Made by a program: the position numbers and the translations under genes. A stretch of DNA of 64,000 bases from Podarcis gaigeae (lineage: Eukaryota). The notes beneath the pieces are model-generated. The model was given only the letters and a program-made list of their open reading frames with translations. It did no database searches and was not told the origin of the DNA. Location: the NCBI GenBank assembly GCA_964106915.2, contig OZ066919.1; one strand, written 5' to 3'. Each line of letters begins with the position of its first letter. The stretch's first letter is position 1. Positions 11,722 through 23,042 of the stretch are shown in pieces.

Positions 11722-12980
11722 GTAAGGCCGCCTGCGGAACTTGGGGAAACTTGTATCCCCATAGAAGGTGACAACAGAATGGATAATCTGGCAATGCCAG
11801 GCATATCTTCCCCTTATGTCCCATTCTACCCAGCACCAAGAATGGCATGTTTTTCTTTGACTTCCAGGTTTGGGCCCTATTTGCACTGGAATTAGCACCA
11901 TGCCTCTGTCACCTAGACACTTAGGTGCAATTACTGTGAAACCTGCCAAATCATTCAGGGAGCCTCTTATGTGCTGTTGTAGAGGCATGTGAATCAAAGT
12001 CCTTGGTCTTTGCGGCCAAGTACCTGAGTCGGTGCTTTAAGCTCAGAAGCACCCTATCTCCCCATATGTCATGGGTAGCAGTTCTGAATCTCTTTCCAAT
12101 CCTGTCTGCAGCCTATAGGGGCCATCTGCTCTGGTGCCCCTTTATTAACAGGTCATCTCTGTTTTAGTGTGGGGGAGGAATTGGTATGCTTTTTCCAGCA
12201 CAGGTGTAAGTTTAGCCTTCCAGATATTTCTTCATATTGGAAAGATATTGGAAAACAAGGTCATATGAGTCCTGCTTTCTAAATACCAGCATGTCAGCTT
12301 TGGGTCATCCCCCCCCCCTTTCTGGAGTGTGTTCCACAAGCCTCCTGAACGGCAGCTGGTGGCAGCATTGACAGAGCTTCAGTTAACACAATGGGATTCC
12401 TCTAACATGGGCTTCCTTGATCTTCAAGGATGCAGGGATGATGCTGAATTTTCAAAACACAGAACAGCAGCCCAATAAATAAAGGAACCTCTTGGGGCTA
12501 AGCTGGCAGTAGAGTGACCTCTGTGACCATTGGGTCCATATTCCCATTTGGAGGTGGCATGGAAGTCACTGCCAACGTTCTCAGAAGCTGGCCCACGCAT
12601 AGCTATGTAGGAGCCTTGGGCAGGCATTCCCAGATGTGTACACATTCCCTTCTTTTGCAGAAGAACCACACATGCACAATAACTCAGCATCTTGAGAATC
12701 TCCACTTCCTTTTTGTTTTTAATCCAAGCTCCAAGCCTTATGGCTGCGATGACAGGCTTGCAAGTGTGTGGTGAAGCACCTAGTTAAAAACTCATGATGG
12801 TTTCTGCTACGTACCCTCCCCCACCCCGTTCCTGATCCCTTCTGTCTGTGGTCTGCTCTCCTATGTCTGCCCGCCCTGCTAGCTTGGATGCAATAACAAC
12901 CCTTCCTTTTCTGACTATGCTGCTGCTTTTCCTTCTCCTGGTTTTAATTACCCATAATCCTGCTAATTTTCTGTCCCTAG

Positions 12981-13019
12981 GTCTGATGACAGTGACTCCT
13001 CTGTCTCGGAGGTGCTGAG
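12981..13019 (+). CDS. KIF21B: KIF21B 39-nt cassette exon (SDDSDSSVSEVLR)
   Basis: cctag|G ... GAG|gtataa; symmetric phase 2-2; matches the recalled 13-aa alternative segment SDDSDSSLSEVLR of mammalian KIF21B. Confidence 0.9.
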
Positions 13020-15089
13020 GTATAAAACTTACTATTTATTATATAACTCTTCTTGCTTTCCTCTTTTCTCATTCTTTTCCCCTCCCTGCATTTGAAACCT
13101 GCTTGTAACTGAACCCGGTGTGATGTTTCTTTCCTTGTGCTGCTTCTCCTTGCTGGTAGATTTGCCTTCCCAGCTGATTAGAGTGCTCCATTGGGACCCC
13201 TTCCTATGTTAACTGAAACAGTTGGGTTCAGCCCACTCAGCATGCTTCACTAGGACACATCATGCGGTTAATCCACCAACACGCACGTGTATCTGAAAAT
13301 CTCAAGTCTCTTCCCCCCGGCACTTAATAGATGCCATCCTGTGACATGTTTTTGTTTGGAATGGACCAAGCATACGCCTGCAGGTAGTGCATGTCTGTAA
13401 CTAGGAGTTAGGAGCTAACCATTTGCATGTGTCGTAATTGCGCCATGATTTCACGAATGTGGCTTTTGAGTAGTTTCTAGGCCTCGTGGTGGAGAGAATA
13501 TTGGAAAACGTCCAGGCAGCTCCCCTTCAGGCTCAGAGTCTTGGAGTCATTTGAGTTGAGAATATTTCCGTGCCCTTCAGGCACAGCTCCCTGCCTCCCC
13601 CACACTTCCCATTTGCTTCCAGTTCTTCGCAGTCCTGTTCCCATGAAGCCTATGGGAGCACCCCATGCCTTTTCCATCTGCTACTACAGCCCAGAAGTCC
13701 AGCCCCTGTTTTCTTTTTATCCAGGGCAAGTTATTTTTGCCATGGTTGCTAAAATGGATGGATGGTAGTTTTACAATTTGTATAATGGGGTCCAGCCTCA
13801 TACTGTGAATACTTGGGAGGTCCTGAAAGCTGATTCTGGTCACTGGATTTCGTGTTAAAGCGATACTCCAGCAAGCGGCAATGCCTTTCCCTTATTTCTG
13901 GGTGTAAAATAAACTTTCAAGACATTAGCCAACCCCACTGAAGATGGAGGGGTGCACATGTGTAAGGGAAATGTAATCTGTTATGTTTATTTCTGTCCTA
14001 ATAATCAAGAGTGTGTCCTTTTTGAAAATAGGAATAAACTACTGGACCAAGTTTAAGATTTTGGTATTGACTCATAAATCCATGAACAACCTGGGACTAG
14101 AATACCCGAGGAATGACCTTTTCTCCCTGTTGACCTACCACCAGCCTTTGCCAACCTAGTGTCCTCCTGGTCTTTAGGGCTACCACTCCCTTCAGCCCCA
14201 GCAAAGGCTAACCTGCATAATCAGTAAAATTGTCTAATGAGGCCTTCATGGTTGTGCTACAACCTTTTGAAGTACAGGTAGTGGCCATTAGAACAGGAGG
14301 ACCTTTTCTGCAGTGGCACCCTTGTTATAGAACCACGTTCCCTCCGAGTTTAGGTGAGTGCCCTATCGATGCTGATCAGGCATCTTTTAAAAACTCACTT
14401 GTACTCCCAAGCTGGACCTTGGTCTCAGTATATTATCACTTTAATTCTGCCCTACTTTTTCACTGCATTACATTTCTATATTTTATATGTATTTTAACAG
14501 TATTGTACATTACCACTTCTCAACTTTGGTCTAGGAGAAAAGTTTTGTGTGACATGTTCAAGCCTCTAACTCACTCTTATGTGATTTATTTTTTGGGGAA
14601 GGGGCTCCATTCCTTTTTTAAACTTTATGTGTCTTGGTGATCCCATGTATTCAAATAAGAAACTGCTGCCAACTTTCAGAGCTGTTACAAAGCTTGTTGC
14701 CCGGGAAGGTTTGAAGTGTCTCCATGTTGACCACAAGGTGGTGCACCGATTTCCTGCCCGACTCAGATGGAGACAGTTTAGAGAAGAGGAGTTTGAGTTG
14801 TCAAAGTTACAAAGTTTATAGGTCTAGAATAACATGACATGCTGCTAGGTGGGACCAAGTGGATTATTAAAATAATTGCAATCATTTGGACCCATGTGTT
14901 CATTTCAGAGCAAAAAATTAAGGAGATTTTCGTTACTTACAAAGGGTCAAAGCCTCTCTTGGCATGTGGTAACAAAACTATAGTAGTTTTGTTGCACCTT
15001 GATCTTGCACAAAGAGAGTTGGAGGCTGAAATTTGAAATAATCTTTCAGAAACAAAGCAGCCAATGCAGTAACTTGGAGCTGTTGATGA

Positions 15090-15255
15090 GGAAGGGGCTG
15101 TCACTCTATGGATGCTTTGCATGCATCAGGTTCCATGTTCAATGATATCTCCAGGTGAGGCTGGCAAATATTCCTGCCTGAAACCCTGGAGAACCACTTT
15201 CAGTCAATGTTCTGAGCTGGATGGATTAATAGCATAAAATAGCTTCCTGTGTTCC
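15090..15255 (+). mobile_element. Degenerate Squam3-like SINE
   Basis: Contains cctgcctgaaaccctggaga...gagctggatgga...agcttcctgtgttcc, shared with the copies at 37.6 kb and 51.2 kb. Confidence 0.55.
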
Positions 15256-15375
15256 CATTCAAAGCTGCAGGTAAATACACACGTTCTGACGCTCAGGGTT
15301 GTGCATTGCAGTTTTCAATTCCATTAAGAACTATGAATACACAAAACATTAGTTGGCTTTAATATAGCAACAACT

Positions 15376-15745
15376 AATAGTTTATTTACACCCCGCCTAC
15401 CTCGGGCAGCTTCCAACATAATATAAAAAACACAATGAAACATCAGGCATCAAAAACTTCCTGATACAGGGCGGCCTTCAGATGTCTTCTAAAAGACAAA
15501 TCACTCTTTATTTCCTTGACATCTGATGGAAGGGCATTCCACAGGGCAGGTGCAACTGCCAAGAAGGCCCTCTGCCTTGTTCCCTATAGCTTCACTTCTC
15601 ACAGTGAGGGAACCAGCAGAAGACCCTTGGAGGAGGACCTCAGTGTCCAGGCTGGAGGTGGAGATGCTCCTTCAGATATACAGGGCCGGTGCTGTTTAAG
15701 GCTTTAAAGGTCAGCACCAGCACTTTGATTTGTGCTCAGAAAGAG
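15376..15745 (-). mobile_element. L2-type LINE 3' fragment
   Basis: Close match to 60909-61158 (gccttcagatgtcttctaaaag...ttccttgacatctgatgg...ttccacagg...aagaaggccctctgcc); the 61-kb copy translates on - as RAFLVVAPVLWNTLP. Confidence 0.7.
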
Positions 15746-16138
15746 GCCTAAGCATGTGTTCTGTAGCCCTACTCTTACCGATATTGCCTCTTGGGCAATA
15801 TCATGAAGAGCATTTGAGTGGATCAGCTTTCAGCATAATACTGACACCAGTATATAACCAATGATGGAGCATCTCACCCTTCCTGTAACTTGAAGATGTT
15901 TGTGCCCAGAACTTTGTGACATACTCTTCAGCTTGATTCTGCATGTGCTTGCCTGCCTGTCGCTCCCCCACCTTTCCCCCCCCTCTTTTAAGCTTAATGT
16001 GGGTCTGGTCCTTCTGGCACGCCAGTGTCTCCTGAGCAGTGTGATTCCCAGGTGCATGATCGGTTACTCTAAGAATGCCTGATCGCTGCAGCTGCAGGAA
16101 CAGTCTCTCAAAGCATTTCTCTTTTTCTCCCATGCAAG

Positions 16139-16275
16139 GGGCATTATCAACCCTGTGGGAGGGTCCAGGAGTGCCCGGACAGCTCCGCTGCAGTGTATCT
16201 CTGTGGCAGAAGGACACACCAAGCCTGTCCTGTGCCTGGATGCTACAGATGAATTGTTGTTCTCTGGATCCAAAG
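16139..16275 (+). CDS. KIF21B: KIF21B exon, start of WD40 domain ([45 protein letters not shown])
   Basis: gcaag|G ... AAAG|gtgtgt; 137 nt, phase 2-1. Confidence 0.94.
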
Positions 16276-17087
16276 GTGTGTGTTTGAGAGAGGGAGTAGG
16301 AGCTGCTTTTGGTGGTATGAATGAACACTGAGCCAGAAGTTCTGATTGGAGCTTTTCTAGCAATGTTCAGAAATGGTGAAAAATTTAGCATTTTCAGGGA
16401 TGGTGGAAGAAAAAGTATACTATTGCCTTCCCCACCCTTTCACCCTAGTTTTGCTGCTGAAGCAAGTTGCCCAGCAACCTTCCCCCCTGCCCCAGTACCT
16501 CTGTTTGAAGGACTCTGTGTCATGATGGAGCTTCATCACCCCAGGGACATGGTTGATGGAATTAAGCTGCCCCCATGGCTGCAGTTGGGACAGCCATTCT
16601 CCCCACCCCTGCGAGCAGTGACGTTAAAGTGCTTCACATGTGGAGTAGCCGTTGCATGGAGACAGTTTTGAGCAGGCTCAGTCTGTATGGTATATCATGT
16701 GACAAGTGCCCTCTAGATATTTTGCACTCCCACTATTTTCCTTGGCAAGTCAAGCATACATGTGCCTGCTCACAAACATGGGCATAGCAAGTGTCATGTC
16801 TCTTTCGGATAAGTGCAGTGGGTGGCAAAAAGGTTAAGGATGTCTATAAAGACAATGGTTGTCTCCAGGGGAAAAAAAAGAAATTTCTGCAACTGCTGAA
16901 CCTTTCAAATTTGAATTAAAACCGGCTGCTTTCCATCTTATCTGCTGTATGTCCACATTTTAAAATATTAGTCACATCTTAGAATCACTGAAGAAATATG
17001 TTGCTTAGGAGAGAGTGGTGGTTTCTGCTCTCAGATGGGAAACTAGGGCACTGCTGGCACAACTGAAGCTCTCTCTTCTTTCCAAAG

Positions 17088-17268
17088 ATCGGAGTTGCAA
17101 AATGTGGAACTTGGTGACTGGCCAGGAAATTGCCTCCTTGAAAGGCCACCCTAACAATGTGGTTTCCATAAAGTACAGTAACCACTCTGGCCTGGTGTTC
17201 ACAGTCTCTACCTCTTACATCAAAGTGTGGGACATCCGGGATTCTGCAAAGTGTATTCGTACTCTCAC
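17088..17268 (+). CDS. KIF21B: KIF21B WD40 exon ([14 protein letters not shown]...AKCIRTL)
   Basis: caaag|AT ... CAC|gtaagt; 181 nt. Confidence 0.95.
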
Positions 17269-18060
17269 GTAAGTACTTGGCAGCTTTCTGTTTTGCTGCT
17301 TTTGAGCTTTTCGAAGCTTCATTTGTGGCCTTGTAAGGTTTAACAAAGTGGGGTTTAAGAGCATAAGCCATTGCTATCCATGGTCACACAACATGGTGCC
17401 AAATCATCCATTGCACCATAAGGCAGGGGAAAGTGAACTGTGAGATCCCACAAGCTGCTTTTGATTGCTGATGTTTGGATAGCATTGTATCTGCAGGTGC
17501 TCTTCACCTGCTTGCTGGTCTACTATATCCTGTTTTGCAGTGGAACGCAATGCTCCACAGGGCACAGCTCCTTGGCCTTGACATCTGACACAGGGCCATC
17601 TCTCTACCCACCAAACTTGCTTCCTCCAACATCTACAGGCCAAATTATGCATGTCATTTGTCACATGCTTAGTCCTATTGTGCAATGTGCAAGGATGAAC
17701 ATAGCAAAGTCACATCAGGACAGTCCCAGTCAAGGAGCTCCTGCACTGACTATTCTTAAGAATAAAAAATGGCACACCAGGTCTAATCCTGTGACAAACC
17801 CTCAGCAGGCTCTCCTTTCAATCTGCTAGAACTGTACCTTTGAGGAATAATTCCTTCCAGGTGATCTGTGGGTTTGAAAACATATTGCTGCTCCTGGCCC
17901 TCATGGAGTTGAACCTTTATTTTGGAGCTGCTTTTGTCTGAGTAGCCTCCTCCGAAAGGCAAAGGCAAATCTGCAGTCTCTTTCTTGCCCTGCAACTGAA
18001 CTCCATTCCTGCTTCTGTGAGACTCCCCTTCATATCTCTTTCCCTCTTTCCCTCTATTAG

Positions 18061-18225
18061 TTCTTCAGGCCAGGTGATTGCCGGGGATGCCTGTGCTGGC
18101 ACCTCCACCCGCACCATCACCAGTGTGCAAGGAGAGCACCAGATCAACCAGATTGCACTTAACCCCACAGGCACCATGCTCTATGCAGCCACTGGCAATT
18201 CTGTCCGCATCTGGGAGCTAAACAG
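18061..18225 (+). CDS. KIF21B: KIF21B WD40 exon ([11 protein letters not shown]...VRIWELN)
   Basis: attag|T ... CAG|gtgaga; 165 nt. Confidence 0.95.
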
Positions 18226-18467
18226 GTGAGAGGGGGTGAACTGCCTACAATTCCAAACTGTTTGGAAATCTACAAAAATGCCCAGAAAAGAATGGCAAGA
18301 GACTGTTGCCATGACCCAAACTCCTTACTCACACTGAAGAACTTGAAACTCAACCCCTTTATGAATACATTTAATATTTGGGCATTACTTGGGGAACAAT
18401 TAGCCTTGGGGAGGGGGTATTCCTGCTGTTAATTTCTCAACATTACCCTTTCTGCTTTTATCACTAG

Positions 18468-18585
18468 GTTGCAGCCCATTGGGAAGCTGACAGGCCATAT
18501 TGGGCCAGTGATGTGTCTCACGGTGAACAGGACTGCAAGCAACCATGACCTAGTCATCACGGGATCTAAAGATCACTATGTCAAG
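18468..18585 (+). CDS. KIF21B: KIF21B WD40 exon ([19 protein letters not shown]...GSKDHYVK)
   Basis: actag|G ... AAG|gtattg; 118 nt. Confidence 0.95.
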
Positions 18586-19166
18586 GTATTGGACATAATA
18601 ATTACGTTTTGCTGAGTTCACTGTTGGCAGCATCCTTAGTCCCCCCCCCCCTTTGGCAGCCCAACTGTCTGTGTCTCCTGTCTTTAGAGAACCCTACAAA
18701 ATACTCAAGGCCAAACCCTTTCCCCCCCTAATACACACTGCAATTTCCAGACATTTTGTTCCACATAACCAAACATACTTAGGGAAGAATTCAGAGTAGC
18801 GCTATGTCAGTTGTTCCATCAGTGCAAGGATTTCAGCTTGCTAGAGGAAATGAGTCCTCCTCTCCTTCCACCATATGCCATTCTGGGGGCTGTTCTCCCC
18901 AATCAAGTCAATTGGGTGGGGTACATGGGCAGAGAAGGGGGTGAAAAGCCCTGTTTCACCAGTAGAAGTCATTACACAGCCTTCCATTAGCAAGACTCAT
19001 TGGCTGAATCCATTCCATTATTTTTAAGAGTTACTCTGGAGCAGGGAAAGCTATAACTATCTAGCACAATGCCTACTTTTCTGAAAGCGTGGGACACTGA
19101 GCCCAGGGTTAACTGCAGGTTGAACCTGGGCTGTGGATTCTTATTTTGCCACTTCTCATTTTGCAG

Positions 19167-19337
19167 ATGTTTGAGATTGCTGAAGGCGTTGTTGGGAACA
19201 TTGGCCCCACTCACAACTTTGAACCCCCACATTATGATGGCATTGAGTGCCTAGCTATTCAGGGAGATGTTCTCTTCAGTGGTTCCAGGGACAACGGAAT
19301 CAAGAAATGGGACCTGGACCAGCAGGAGCTCATCCAG
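19167..19337 (+). CDS. KIF21B: KIF21B WD40 exon (MFEIAEG...[14 protein letters not shown])
   Basis: tgcag|ATG ... CAG|gtatga; 171 nt. Confidence 0.95.
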
Positions 19338-19654
19338 GTATGAAGGATGCTGGGTTTTCAAAGACAGAGGCAGTATACCATTTGTGTGGTGTGAATTATG
19401 CTGAGGGTGTCAATATACAGTTGGTGCATAAATTCCTCCTGTAGTGCAGGGGTAAGAAGGCCCCATGCTGACATCCCTGGAGGGGGCAGACCATGAGGCC
19501 AGTGGAAATTTGAGATGCTGAAATTCAGATAGTGCATGTACCCCATACACATTAAATTTATTTGCAGCAAGTATGGCCTCTGCATATGTGTACCAGCCAT
19601 GATTGTATTGAGCTCAGTAAGCCTCTTTGAAAAAGCAGGGTGGTTATGCTAGAA

Positions 19655-19790
19655 CAGGCATAGGCAAACTTTGGCCCCCCAGATGTTTGGGACTACAATT
19701 CCCATCATCCCTAGCTAACAGGACCAGTGGTCAGGGATGATGGGAATTGTAGTCCCAAACATCTGGAGGGCCAGAGTTTGCCTATACCTG
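19655..19790. mobile_element. Palindromic hAT-type MITE
   Basis: TIR CAGGCATAGGCAAACT / AGTTTGCCTATACCTG with long internal inverted arms; imperfect 8-bp TSD tgctagaa/ttctagag. Degenerate relatives near 3.9, 7.8, 20.2, 28.7, 31.2, 43.5 and 51.4 kb. Confidence 0.75.
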
Positions 19791-21011
19791 TTCTAGAGAG
19801 AGGGTGAGCAAGGACCAAATCTTTTGGAGCACTGACTTGCTGGCAGTATCTAATAGAACCAGGTGCCCTCCAGATGTTTAGGGCTACCAGATTAGGGAAA
19901 GCAGTCGTAAAAGAATCCTACTATCTTCCTTTAATAAGTTAATATTTCCATTGTATATTTTCCCAGCAGTCAAACAACATTGGCCCTCAAAGTCTTGTTG
20001 GGGGCCTTATCTATTGCCTATATGTTGTATTATTTATTATTCTAGCTATTTAGTGGTCCTTGACTTGGTTATCTAGTATACTACTGTTAACAAGCACAAT
20101 TAGTCCCAAGGCCAAGTGTGCCAAGTTTGGGGAGCTTGGGGCAACTCCCATAATCCCTAGTCATTGGGCATGCTGACTGGTGCCAGTGGGAGTTGGGGGT
20201 CAAAAAACATCAAGCAAGCCACAGATATTCCACTGCTGATCTATGCCCTTCGGTGCACTATTTTAGAGTTAAATGGATAAAACTGCTTATAGAGGACAAG
20301 TACCTCTGATGTTATCCTAATCTTCCAAGCCTCTGTGTGGGTCCTATAATGGGTGACCATTGGCAAGAGCTGTGGGAAGGCCAAGCCAACAGCCATTATG
20401 AGTGTAATCCAGTAACTTCTGTCTTTGCCAAATGTGTCACATAAGAACTAAAGGAAGGAAGTTGTCTTGGCTTAGTTAAGGATTGGAATCCCTGTTGAAA
20501 GGGTCGGCCCTGCTCATGCAGAATTCTCCTCTTGTTGCTGCAGTATTCACAGTTTTCAAGTGTGTGGCCTTGCTTTTGCATAGCCAGTTCCCCATTTCAA
20601 ATTTAGCCTCAATTCCAGGTGGTGATATCAATCTGCAAACATTTGTTCAGGTTTCTGAGGTGTGTCAGCTGGGTGTCCTCATTTTAAGACTGTTTGCATT
20701 ATTAGGAACAAGCCCAATGAAATAATTCCCCTGCATTTGCAAGATTGCTGTGTGGGCCAATTGGGTTTTAGCTGCCACTGTGCCATAACCTTCAGGACAA
20801 ATTAATGGCATGGTGGCATTATTTTTATGGCACAACCAACACCTACAATGAATGGCAGTGTTATTCCAGTTCTTCTTTAGTATCTAGTCCACTCCCTTGG
20901 GCTTTGTTTTAACTCCCAAGTCATCTCATTCAGAAATCCGTGGGTGGAAGAGTTTTTGGGGTGTGGCAACAGGCCCTTGCTAACTCAGCTCATTGTGACT
21001 CCTGTTTCTAG

Positions 21012-21211
21012 CAAATCCCAAATGCACACAAAGACTGGGTTTGTGCGTTGGCCTTTGTGCCTAGCCGGCCCATGCTGCTGAGTGCCTGCCGTGGTGGGAC
21101 AGTGAAGATCTGGAATGTCGATAACTTCACCCCCGTTGGGGACATCAAAGGGCACGACAGCCCCATCAATGCCATCTGCACCAATTCTAAGCACATATTC
21201 ACAGCTTCCAG
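21012..21211 (+). CDS. KIF21B: KIF21B WD40 exon ([15 protein letters not shown]...NSKHIFTAS)
   Basis: tctag|CAA ... CAG|gtgagt; 200 nt, phase 0-2. Confidence 0.95.
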
Positions 21212-21912
21212 GTGAGTGTTGAGGGCAAGGGCTTCTCTTTACCATGAACTCTTTGCCCGCTGCATCCCATCATGTGTAGTCAAGCTGCTCAAAAAAATGA
21301 GGTGCCACCAGAGATGAGCTGGTTACGGGTCCAAGCACCTGGTTGATGGAGGAGCCAGAGGAAGCCATTGCTTCTGTGGCTGCCCTGCTCACAGAGCCAT
21401 AGTGCAGTGGTGTCCATCTCAACACCGATCTCCCAGAGTCGCTTACTGTGCATCCTTGAGACCAAGGAACGGCTTTTTCATGGTTCTTTAGTTCACCTCT
21501 TCCTCATCACATCTCCAGCGAGATTCTGCATGGTGCTTCCTTGTTTGTACCTAGGGTTGATTTCTGGCACTGCCCCTTACGAAAGGGTGCCTTGCTGTAG
21601 TAGCCAGTAATTAGCACCTAAGGACATAGCTCCTCAACTGAGGCACAACAAGCTGGTTTGTCCCAGCAGTAATGAACTGAACTGAGCCACAGGGACTCTT
21701 GGTAACCCATCACAGTCCCATGGATATTCTGGCAGAGCAAGGGCCAAAGACTTGGCCAGAGGGCTTCCCCAGGGAGGGCAACCCAGGCCCCACCACTCAC
21801 TCTCTTCCCCTTTGGAGTCTCTAATCTCCTCTTTTCCGACCATGTTTCTTTTTTCCTTTTCTCTCTTCCTCTCTCTGTCTCTCTTCTCTCTCTCTGTTTC
21901 TATGTGCCACAG

Positions 21913-22012
21913 TGACTGCCGGGTAAAGTTATGGAATTACGTGCCTGGGCTCACCCCCTGCCTTCCACGACGCGTCCTTGCCATCAAGGGCCGTGCTACC
22001 AGTCTGCCTTGA
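21913..22012 (+). CDS. KIF21B: KIF21B last coding exon A ([32 protein letters not shown])
   Basis: Long CT tract then cacag|T; stop TGA at 22010-22012; matches the recalled long mammalian C-terminus. Confidence 0.92.
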
Positions 22013-22987
22013 CCCTCCTCCTGTCTTCTCTACTCTCCTGCTCACTTTTTCTTGCTGTGTTTCCCCTTCCCCTCTTTCTCGTCCCTAACCCCTTTCTCTG
22101 CGAGCTGATCTCAGCTGCTTCTTAACGGTATGCAATGCTTACTTGCTTTTCTTTCCCTTTAGGGCAGTAAGTGCAGGTGTTTTCCAAGGGAGACATTACT
22201 TCCCAGTTCACCTCCAAAGTGGGCATGCAAAAAAACCCCCATCTCACTTTCCTCCTTGACATGCCTGCTTGGTTGCATTATTAAGGCTGCATGCTTCACT
22301 TGGAAGCCTGTCCCACAGAAATCAATGAAGCTAACCTCTAATAAACTATGTTTAGGGTTGGCGTGATTTATGTGGAAATTGTTCAGTTTGATTGTGTGTT
22401 TTTTAATGTTTTATTTATTGCTTATGACTCATTTTGTTATGTTGCAGTTACGCATTTCCCTTCATGTTGTAAGCCACCTTGAGCATGGTTTGAACTGTGG
22501 AAAGGTGGCATACAAATAAAATTGTGTGTGTGTGTTCTGTGTGTGTAAATGTCAATGGGATTCATGTAGGGGGTGGGGGAGTACAACCCCCCAAGGCAGG
22601 TCCCAATTTGAATTCTGGTTTTGCAGTAAGTGAAGGTGTTTGAATTTTTCCCCTCTTGCTTTAAACAGGGCATTAGTTCTGGAATAGCCCATGTGCCTAC
22701 GTGGTGTCCTTGGGCATTGCAAGAGAGTGAAAGGCAGGAGGGGAAGGATTTGGGTGGGAAATCAGCACAGTGCCCAGATTAAGGAGTGTGGTCCAGATTG
22801 GGAGCCCATGTGGCTGCTTTTCCTTCAAAATAAATATTCACCTATCTACTAAGCACACTTTTTACAAGCATGTTATTTATGTAATCTGTGGTTTGCACCT
22901 CCATTTCCCCTTTATCTGAGCTTGTTCAGTGTTTGGTTCTTGACTTTCTAAATGTCATATTCCCACCTTTTCCTCTTCATTCTCCAG

Positions 22988-23042
22988 TGACTGGACAGTG
23001 AAACTCTGGAGTGCAAGGAAGCTACTGAACAGCACAACCTAG
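22988..23042 (+). CDS. KIF21B: KIF21B alternative last coding exon B (DWTVKLWSARKLLNSTT*)
   Basis: Polypyrimidine tract then tccag|T, same phase as exon A; completes the WD40 motif DxxVKLW; stop TAG at 23040-23042. Confidence 0.85.

Noticed and set aside
13481-13559. Peptide-like stretch PRGGENIGKRPGSSPSGSESWSHLS after tctag as an extra KIF21B exon
   Set aside because: Poor pyrimidine tract, no credible in-phase donor, and it ends in a stop
19655-19790. pre-miRNA hairpin
   Set aside because: The palindrome is explained by a multicopy hAT MITE with TIRs and a TSD; small-RNA production cannot be judged from sequence
1098-23042. KIF21A as the identity of the kinesin
   Set aside because: Peptides and C-termini match KIF21B, the KIF21A KANK-binding KARRRTTT segment is not seen, and the INAVA neighbour fits KIF21B synteny
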